Source: an uncultured bacterium
GTDB taxonomy: Bacteria; Fermentibacterota; Fermentibacteria; Fermentibacterales; JCC-6
Length of the DNA stretch: 62,837 nucleotides
Direction: 5' to 3'
NCBI GenBank assembly: GCA_964604135.1
Contig: CAZRXU010000003.1
Span: 1-62,837 of the forward strand
Positions 56,381 through 62,837 of the stretch are shown piece after piece. The stretch's first letter is position 1. The number at the start of each line of letters is the position of its first letter. Both the position numbers and the translations under genes were made by a program. Below the pieces are notes generated by a model that saw nothing but the letters and a program-made list of their open reading frames with translations, did no database searches and had not been told where the DNA came from.

Positions 56381-58237
56381 ATGCTTGACTGGATGAATCC
56401 TTTATCATTTTTTCAAACGATTATCAAAGTATCTGTTGTTTGGGTAGCCTTTTACGGGGCCGGATCTGTTGTTGAAAAGTACACAGGAATAAAGAAACTA
56501 TTTCCTCTGCTGCCCAGAGAGATATCCGGCATGCTGCTTCTCTTTTTTGTTGAAATACTGCTATCTCTTTTTGGAGTAATGAACAGAACCTTTGTGCCAA
56601 TACTCCTGTTGCTTTTTGCAATACCGGGAATGCTTCTATTGTTAAAAAAAGCAAGACATATTTTGGGAACTTACAAGTTTTCACTGACCGGGTTGCTGGG
56701 CTCTCTCTTCTTGCTTTTTGTTGTTATAATTAACCTGACTTATGCCTCGGCGCCAAACCTGGGGTTCGATGATCCACTAATTACATATGCTGTTCACCCA
56801 GACAGATGGTTAAACAGCGGTCAGATTCACTGGATTGAAGAAACGGCGTTCTCCGGATTTCCGCTAACATACGAAATGATAGCAGTATGGCCTGCTTCTC
56901 TTGCCTCAGACAGGCTTAATCAGTTAAGTGTTTTGCAGATTTTTCAGATGACTATGCTGTTTATCGCGCTTTTCAGGGGTATGCAAATAATCGAGATTAA
57001 GAAAAAGCTGAGGATACCTGTTGCAATTACCGTTCTTCTATGCTCACTGCTCTATTACTGGTCTTCACTTGCTAAAACAGACACAGCAGCCATTCTGTTC
57101 AGCACTATTGCACTAACGTCAGTCATACGGGAAATATCTGATCGGTCGCTTAAACCGTACACTTCCTGGTTTGCCATGGGCCTGGCCCTTGCAACAAAAC
57201 AAACGTCACTGGTTGTTCTGCTTCCATTTCTTCTATACGGCGGTTATCGTATTTATAAAAACAGATTAAATACTATACTAACTGCACTTTCGTGTCTTCT
57301 TTTGTTTCCCGCTGCTTTTGGCCTTCGAACCATGCTAAAAACAGGCAGCCCTACTTATCCTGTACATCAAATAGATTTTTTAGTAAAAGACGAGTGGAGG
57401 CTTACTCAACCGCCTGAGGAAATGCAGGAATGGAACAATAGGACTTCAGATATATATTCTGAATCAGATTACAGTCCATTGAAGAATATTGGTATTTTTC
57501 TAATTAGTTTCGAGGGTATTCTTTTTATAATGCTCGGAGGACTGGGGATTGCACTTAGCAGGAAAGATAGAAGCTGGTTTCTAGTTATACCTGTCGTTGC
57601 ATATTTTGTAGCAGCTATTTTTGCGTTCTGGCCACCCTGGTGGGGGGCAAAATATGCAATTTTAATATTTCCTTTTGTCGCACTTCTCGGCGCAAAACTC
57701 TTGCAGCCCAGCAAGACGTTTTCTACAGTGTATCTTTTGTTTGTTATGATTCTGTCTTTTGTTCTGCCCGGTTACATAATACGTTCTGAGATGTTCTATT
57801 CAGGGCACTTCAAGCTCTCTATGGCAAAATCTGTTCTCTCCGGACACTGGGACGATACAAGTGGTTTTCAATACAACATAACATCTTCCGAGGGTATGAC
57901 TCAGATGTGGCTGAACAGCAGTCTTACAGAGAACAGTATTATTCTCTCGCTTCACGAAGAGAAGCGTTACTTCTGCGATCATCAGGTTATTGTTGGGTGG
58001 AGATTCCCAAAGACGCTGCCTCTTTATCTTGATAACACGCTGGAAGATGAATGTGCCATACTCGACAATATCGGTGTGGAATACGTAACATTTTACAGAT
58101 CAGATCCGTGTGTTGCACAATTGGAAAACAAGCTACTGATACTCGACCACATAGGTAACGATGACATTCTAGAACCTATAATAACGGTTTCTGATGGCTA
58201 CCTAGTATGCAGGTACAATTCGCCTCTGGAAGAATAG
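56381..58237 (+). CDS. Polytopic GT-C / ArnT-like membrane glycosyltransferase
   Basis: More than 10 TM segments; first loop FDDPLITY..HP..WL..G.I; FP..YEM; KTD; GLALATKQ; KTGSPTYP; soluble C-terminal domain; visibly AT-richer DNA. Confidence 0.6.
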   Translation: MLDWMNPLSFFQTIIKVSVVWVAFYGAGSVVEKYTGIKKLFPLLPREISGMLLLFFVEILLSLFGVMNRTFVPILLLLFAIPGMLLLLKKARHILGTYKFSLTGLLGSLFLLFVVIINLTYASAPNLGFDDPLITYAVHPDRWLNSGQIHWIEETAFSGFPLTYEMIAVWPASLASDRLNQLSVLQIFQMTMLFIALFRGMQIIEIKKKLRIPVAITVLLCSLLYYWSSLAKTDTAAILFSTIALTSVIREISDRSLKPYTSWFAMGLALATKQTSLVVLLPFLLYGGYRIYKNRLNTILTALSCLLLFPAAFGLRTMLKTGSPTYPVHQIDFLVKDEWRLTQPPEEMQEWNNRTSDIYSESDYSPLKNIGIFLISFEGILFIMLGGLGIALSRKDRSWFLVIPVVAYFVAAIFAFWPPWWGAKYAILIFPFVALLGAKLLQPSKTFSTVYLLFVMILSFVLPGYIIRSEMFYSGHFKLSMAKSVLSGHWDDTSGFQYNITSSEGMTQMWLNSSLTENSIILSLHEEKRYFCDHQVIVGWRFPKTLPLYLDNTLEDECAILDNIGVEYVTFYRSDPCVAQLENKLLILDHIGNDDILEPIITVSDGYLVCRYNSPLEE

Positions 58238-58251
58238 CTACCTTTACACAC

Positions 58252-58278
58252 AAAAGCGGGGGGTGACCAGCACCCCCC
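58252..58278 (-). terminator. Terminator after pilA (possibly bidirectional)
   Basis: Perfect 8-bp stem GGGGGGTG-N5-CACCCCCC followed by GCTTTTG on the minus strand. Confidence 0.7.
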
Positions 58279-58300
58279 ACACAAACTAAAACACTTTTGA

Positions 58301-58663
58301 CTAGTGAGAATCACGCCAGCTGGTAATACCATCGGAGATATGACCGTGGCTTCCAGCAGAAGTGCTGTTAGCACACTGAATGTTGAATACAAGTGATGTT
58401 GAACCAGTAAAAGTGTAAGCAGTTCCTCCGCCTCCTGGACACTCTACACCGTCCATACCGATGGAGTCCATAACAGTTGTGTACTCATCATGATCGGCAT
58501 AGTAGATAACTTCCTGGCCTGCAATTGTGCGCATGTTGGCACGGCAGGCGTTCCTTCTGGCGCTCTCGGAAACATCGCTGAACTTAGGTATTGCGATAGC
58601 GGCGAGGATACCAATGATTACCACCACAATCATCAGCTCAATGAGGGTGAAACCTTTCTTCAT
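58301..58663 (-). CDS. pilA: Type IVa major pilin candidate
   Basis: MKKG/FTLIELMIVVVIIGILAAIAIPKF class III signal with Glu5; AAAGGAG RBS; own sigma54 promoter and terminator; downstream of pilC-pilS-pilR. Confidence 0.85.
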   Translation of the reverse strand: MKKGFTLIELMIVVVIIGILAAIAIPKFSDVSESARRNACRANMRTIAGQEVIYYADHDEYTTVMDSIGMDGVECPGGGGTAYTFTGSTSLVFNIQCANSTSAGSHGHISDGITSWRDSH

Positions 58664-58715
58664 TATATTCTCCTTTCAAGAGAATGGGTTAACTGCGGCA
58701 CACGCTACTTATAGA

Positions 58716-58732
58716 AGCATAATGAGTGCCAA
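58716..58732 (-). promoter_or_regulatory. Sigma54 (-24/-12) promoter of pilA
   Basis: TTGGCACTCATTATGCT on the minus strand: GG-N10-GC with a TGGCAC -24 box, directly downstream of a sigma54 activator gene. Confidence 0.75.
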
Positions 58733-58802
58733 AGCCATTATGTTCTATATTTCATATATATCCTATTAAACACACACACAAAGGGATTGCTTTAAAAATG
58801 TA

Positions 58803-58815
58803 TTGCATTCTGCAA
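58803..58815. promoter_or_regulatory. Palindrome, candidate PilR upstream activating sequence
   Basis: TTGCA-TTC-TGCAA perfect inverted repeat about 100 bp upstream of the inferred pilA transcription start. Confidence 0.45.
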
Positions 58816-58819
58816 GACA

Positions 58820-60202
58820 TTACTTTAGGTTCCCTTTTTTGTACCTCTCAAGGCGGCGGTGAAGGGTTGCTTCATTAATACCAAGCATTTTTGATGCTGT
58901 CCGCTTTTTGCCTCCGGCTTTCTTCTCCAGAACATAAAATATCCAGGCCTTTTCAATTTCCGACAAAACAGGAAGCTCTGAAACATCGTTTGCAAATGCA
59001 GGATTTTCTGCTGGAGATATATCATTTGGTTTTCTGCCGGACAGAAACCCTGGAAGCTCGTCAACCTGTACTGTACGCGTGCTGGACATTACGCAGACTC
59101 TTTCTATAAGGTTCTGCAATTCTCTTACATTGCCTGGCCATTTGTACAGCTTAAAAACATCCATAGCCTCCTGCGAAAGCTCTTTACCAGGGTAGTTGCC
59201 GCTTTCCAGAAAGTGCTTAACAAGCAGCGGAATATCTTCCTTTCGCTTCCTCAAGGGGGGTACATACAAAGGCAGAACATTCAGCCGGTAATACAGATCC
59301 CTGCGAAAAGTGCCCTTCTCAACCATTTCCTTAAGATTGCTGTTTGTGGCACATATAAGCCTTCCCTGGAAGGGTTTTGTAGCGGTGTCTCCAACTGGCC
59401 GCACCTGTCTCTCTTGAATAGCCCTGAGCAGCTTAACCTGAAGATCTTTGTTCAGCTCGCCAATCTCGTCAAGAAACAGCGTTCCCCGGCCGGCTGCAAT
59501 CATCAAACCCTCTTTGTCTCTGTACGCCCCGGTAAATGATCCCTTCCTGTGACCGAACAGCTCACTTTCAAGCAGATTAGGCGAGAGACTACCGCAGTTA
59601 ATACCTATGAAAGGATCGTCTTTTCTGATGCTGTTGTTGTGTATGGCCTTTGCTATAAGCTCTTTACCGGTACCGCTTTCACCTGATATAAGAACAGTAC
59701 TGGGCTGGTCGGCAACTTTCCTTACCATTTCCAGAAGTTTTATTATTAACGGTGACCGGCCTACAATGCCCTGGAAGTTATACTCTTTGCTGAGTTTCTG
59801 CTTCAGTGCCCTGTTTTCAGCTGTAAGCCTTTTCTCTCTAACTGCCTTTTCTATCGCAGCAAGCATCTGACTGGTCTTAAATGGTTTTAACAGATAATCT
59901 GAGGCCCCCTGCCTTACTGCCTTTACTGCTGTGTCGATGCTGGAAAAAGCAGTCATCAGAATGCCCGCTGCATCCGGGTGAATTTCCCTAATTCTGGCAA
60001 ACAGCTCAAGACCGCTCATTGCCGGCATTCTGATGTCTGATATAAGCACATGAACAGGGTTGTACTCACCCCACTTCAGAGCATCTTCCGGGTGTGAAAA
60101 ACACTTTACAGTGTACCCGCTCTGCTCCAGAAGAACACTTAGCCACTCAACCATGGACTCTTCGTCATCAACCAGAAGAATTGAAAGGTCTCTTCTATCC
60201 AT
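58820..60202 (-). CDS. pilR: Sigma54-dependent response regulator (NtrC/PilR type)
   Basis: REC ILLVDDE...SDIRMP..SG; AAA+ GESGTGKELIA, ESELFGH.KGSFTGA, LFLDEIG, RRDLYYRL, WPGNVRELQN; Fis HTH; ATG 60202. Confidence 0.88.
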   Translation of the reverse strand: MDRRDLSILLVDDEESMVEWLSVLLEQSGYTVKCFSHPEDALKWGEYNPVHVLISDIRMPAMSGLELFARIREIHPDAAGILMTAFSSIDTAVKAVRQGASDYLLKPFKTSQMLAAIEKAVREKRLTAENRALKQKLSKEYNFQGIVGRSPLIIKLLEMVRKVADQPSTVLISGESGTGKELIAKAIHNNSIRKDDPFIGINCGSLSPNLLESELFGHRKGSFTGAYRDKEGLMIAAGRGTLFLDEIGELNKDLQVKLLRAIQERQVRPVGDTATKPFQGRLICATNSNLKEMVEKGTFRRDLYYRLNVLPLYVPPLRKRKEDIPLLVKHFLESGNYPGKELSQEAMDVFKLYKWPGNVRELQNLIERVCVMSSTRTVQVDELPGFLSGRKPNDISPAENPAFANDVSELPVLSEIEKAWIFYVLEKKAGGKKRTASKMLGINEATLHRRLERYKKGNLK

Positions 60203-61802
60203 AAACTCCCTGCCCTGCAACTGGAAGCTTTATGGTGAGTACAGCTCCCCCCTGATTTAAATTATCTGCTTCTATGGTACCCTTGTGTTCATTCACTATC
60301 TTTTTCACAATGTAAAGCCCCAGACCTGTTCCGTGATCTTTTGACGTTTCGAATGGTTCCCAGATTTTCTCGATAAAGCCCTCTGGAATACCAGATCCAT
60401 TGTCTTTTATTGTGATCTTTACATAGCGGCCGTCTTCGGTATTTGATACTTCAATAGCTACCACTGGCTCCGACACGCTGCTTAAGGCCTCAACAGAATT
60501 ACGTATAAGATTAAGAAACACCTGGCTGAGCCGCACTCTGTTGCCGAACACCATTGAATTACTGTCTGAGCGAGATATTTTCAGTGAAACACCTCCGGCA
60601 AAACCGTGCGTTGCACTTTCAACACTGTCTGTTACCACACTGCCCGCATTTATTTTCGAGAACGGGAAATCTGAACTACTTCTGGAAAGAGACAAGTAGC
60701 CTTCAATAAGCTCGGATACCCGCCTCGACTGTTTTTCTATAAGGGAAGCCATCTGTTCTGTTTTCTCGCGGTCAAGATCGCCACCGGCAAGAATCTGAGC
60801 AGCACCACTCATTGAAGCAAGGGGGTTTCTGATCTCATGAGCCATTGTGGCACTGAGCTTTCCAATAAGGGAAAGCTTGTCTCGCTCTTCCAGAGCAGCC
60901 TGGGAATTCCGCAGTTCTGTGGTGTCTGTTAGAATTACTATCGCCCCGCCTGTGTCTCCGTAGTGGCTGAATCTGCATTCAATTACTTTCTCATCAATAA
61001 CTATATCTATTCGCGGCGGAAAGTCTTTGTTTTTAAGAAACCCTTTAACTATTTCACCCAGCTGTGAATCAAGCATCGGTTTGTCGGTTTCAAGCAGTTC
61101 TGCTGCAGCAGGATTGCTGCTTACAACATCACCATTTGAATCTACTACTACAACACCGTCATGAAGGTTGTCGAGTATGTGTCTGCTTCTTGCCCTTAGC
61201 TCCGCCAGGTTATTCAACACCCTCTGAAGGTGCCCGCTTTCCGTGTACAGAGACTGGGCAAGCATGCCTGAAGCAATTCCTGAAGCAACGAGTAGAAGCC
61301 CGTTTATCAGTACTCTAAGCGCTATATAAGTAACCGATATTTTCAGATAACCGCTTTTTACCAGTGTTGCAAGAAGAGGGCTTAGTGTTGTTTTTAAACC
61401 TGGAACATTTATTGCAATTAAAGAGAACGCTGTTGCGAGAAGTATGTTTGTTCCAGCTGCAATAAGCCCACCCGATACCCCCAGATAGAACCCGTATGAC
61501 AAAACGTGCACCACAAGAAAAGGCATGAACGGGCCGTCAACTCCGCCGCTGACATAGATGATCAGGCTCAGAAGGAAGGAATCTGTAAAAAGCAGAAACC
61601 AGTAAGGCTTTCTGCTCTTTGGATTATTCTTCATGTAGTGATTTGATATGAAAAAACTCAGAAATACAACAGCAACCACGCTGCCGTAGGTAATGGTAAA
61701 CTCTTTCTGGTGCATGGTAAGAATACCGGAAAGAGACAGTATGCCAAGAACGGAAAGGCGCCCCACCTGAAGCCAGGTGCGGCGCCTTTTACTTACAAAC
61801 AT
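60195..61802 (-). CDS. pilS: Membrane sensor histidine kinase with PAS domain (PilS type)
   Basis: Multiple N-terminal TMs with VSGGVDGPF; PAS ILDNLHDGVVVVD; AHEIRNPLASM; QVFLNLIRNS; DNGSGI; GTGLGL. Confidence 0.85.
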   Translation of the reverse strand: MFVSKRRRTWLQVGRLSVLGILSLSGILTMHQKEFTITYGSVVAVVFLSFFISNHYMKNNPKSRKPYWFLLFTDSFLLSLIIYVSGGVDGPFMPFLVVHVLSYGFYLGVSGGLIAAGTNILLATAFSLIAINVPGLKTTLSPLLATLVKSGYLKISVTYIALRVLINGLLLVASGIASGMLAQSLYTESGHLQRVLNNLAELRARSRHILDNLHDGVVVVDSNGDVVSSNPAAAELLETDKPMLDSQLGEIVKGFLKNKDFPPRIDIVIDEKVIECRFSHYGDTGGAIVILTDTTELRNSQAALEERDKLSLIGKLSATMAHEIRNPLASMSGAAQILAGGDLDREKTEQMASLIEKQSRRVSELIEGYLSLSRSSSDFPFSKINAGSVVTDSVESATHGFAGGVSLKISRSDSNSMVFGNRVRLSQVFLNLIRNSVEALSSVSEPVVAIEVSNTEDGRYVKITIKDNGSGIPEGFIEKIWEPFETSKDHGTGLGLYIVKKIVNEHKGTIEADNLNQGGAVLTIKLPVAGQGVYG

Positions 61803-61811
61803 AGGGTCTGC

Positions 61812-62837
61812 TTACCCGCCGACAGTCTGAATCATGTCGAAGATTGGCAGGTACATTGCCACCACAAGAAAGCCAACAAACCCGCCGAGAAACACTATCA
61901 TAATAGGCTCGATTGTAGAAGCCATACCGTCCACCAGTACCTTTACCTCTTCATCGTAAAAGTCGGCAACTTTAACCAGCATCTCATCAAGCCCGCCTGT
62001 TTCTTCGCCCACGGCAATCATCTGTGTAACCATGGTTGGAAACACACCGGATTCTTCAAGCGGCCCTGCAATGTTCTCTCCTCCGGAAATACTTACCCTG
62101 GCTTTCATGATTGCATCGCTTATTACCCTGTTACCTGCAGTTTTAGCTGTAATATTAAGACCGTCCAAAATAGCAACCCCTGATGAGGTAAGCGTTCCAA
62201 GAGTTCTTGTAAAACGGGCGATGGACATCTTTCTGTTTATCTGCCCGAACACAGGAAGAGAAAGCTTAATTGTATCAATAACCTTCTCTCCGCTGTTTGT
62301 TTTATAGTACATATTAAATGCGAATATTACTCCACCTATGCCCAGAAGAATGAATACTATGTAATGCTGTACAAACTCCGACATGTCTACAACCATCTGG
62401 GTCATTCCAGGAAGTTTCCCGCCCAGATCTTCAAACATCTCCTGGAAAATAGGAATTACGAAAAGAAGCATGGCAAGTGTTGCTACAAGAACAACAACAA
62501 GAACAACAACCGGATACATCATGGCACTTTTTATTCTGGACTGAAGTGAGGCAGCGTCTTCAAGATAGTCTGCAAGCCTTGCAAGAATGGTATCCAAAAT
62601 ACCACCCTGCTCTCCGGCGGCAACCATATTCACGTAAAGCTCGGAGAACACCTTCTTGTGCCTGCCCAGAGACTCTGCCAGAGTTCCACCTTTTTCTACA
62701 TCGTTGGTGACTTCGACTATGATATTTTTAAAAACCTTGTTCTCCTGCTGCCGCCCAAGAATCTGCAGACACCCCACCAGAGGAAGACCGGCATTTATCA
62801 TAACGCTGAACTGCCTGGTAAAAGTAGACAGCTCTTT
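61812..62837 (-). CDS. pilC: Type IV pilus platform protein PilC (GspF family), 5' end outside the window
   Basis: Frame open to the window edge: KELSTFTRQFSVMINAGLPL, FSELYVNMVAAGEQGG.LD, AMMYP, ARFTRTLGTL..SGV.IL, MIAVGEETG.LD.ML, IEP.MI, YLPIF. Confidence 0.92.
   Translation of the reverse strand, partial: KELSTFTRQFSVMINAGLPLVGCLQILGRQQENKVFKNIIVEVTNDVEKGGTLAESLGRHKKVFSELYVNMVAAGEQGGILDTILARLADYLEDAASLQSRIKSAMMYPVVVLVVVLVATLAMLLFVIPIFQEMFEDLGGKLPGMTQMVVDMSEFVQHYIVFILLGIGGVIFAFNMYYKTNSGEKVIDTIKLSLPVFGQINRKMSIARFTRTLGTLTSSGVAILDGLNITAKTAGNRVISDAIMKARVSISGGENIAGPLEESGVFPTMVTQMIAVGEETGGLDEMLVKVADFYDEEVKVLVDGMASTIEPIMIVFLGGFVGFLVVAMYLPIFDMIQTVGG

Noticed and set aside
58301-58663. Electrically conductive (e-pilin) interpretation of PilA
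   Set aside because: The mature 116-aa pilin has aromatics at 1, 24, 50, 51 and 57 but Val27 and Arg32 at Geobacter Tyr positions; only 9 of 116 residues are F/Y/W.
1-62837. rRNA, tRNA, IS elements, integrases, prophage or CRISPR arrays
   Set aside because: No such signatures were recognised by eye; nearly all sequence is explained by CDS. tRNAscan-SE and Infernal would be needed to exclude small RNAs formally.

Overview
Chromosomal window of a bacterium with roughly balanced GC. The gene content (gingipain/C25 and lamin-tail proteins with FlgD-like C-termini, HEAT-cyclophilin, pilC-pilS-pilR-pilA order) suggests an anaerobic FCB-related lineage such as Ca. Fermentibacterota; this placement is inference only. 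No rRNA, tRNA, CRISPR array, integrase or transposase was recognised. Left part: a methyltransferase coupled to an HgdB-like gene, secreted C25 protease and LTD proteins, tdh, kbl, thiC-like gene, a wHTH/pseudo-nucleotidyltransferase with a visible operator plus an unknown 408-aa partner, and two large helical/TPR proteins between two lytic transglycosylases. Middle: asd, holA, a SurA/PpiD-like gene, and a ~16 kb minus-strand run from a GGDEF gene through amidohydrolase, nadC, coaX, coaC, mtnA, dnaK, dnaJ, mutS2, dnaG, an atypical sigma70 and a Btu/Fec-type ABC transporter. The most striking element is 44.2-48.6 kb: six tandem genes (five lipoproteins, one membrane-anchored) carrying 11 copies of one uncharacterised acidic ~90-aa domain, transcribed divergently from the diguanylate cyclase. 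A seventh divergent homolog sits in the neighbouring glycan-modification cluster (DegT, GT4, flippase-like, FemAB-like, methyltransferase, GT-C), which abuts a type IV pilus locus with a clear sigma54 promoter.
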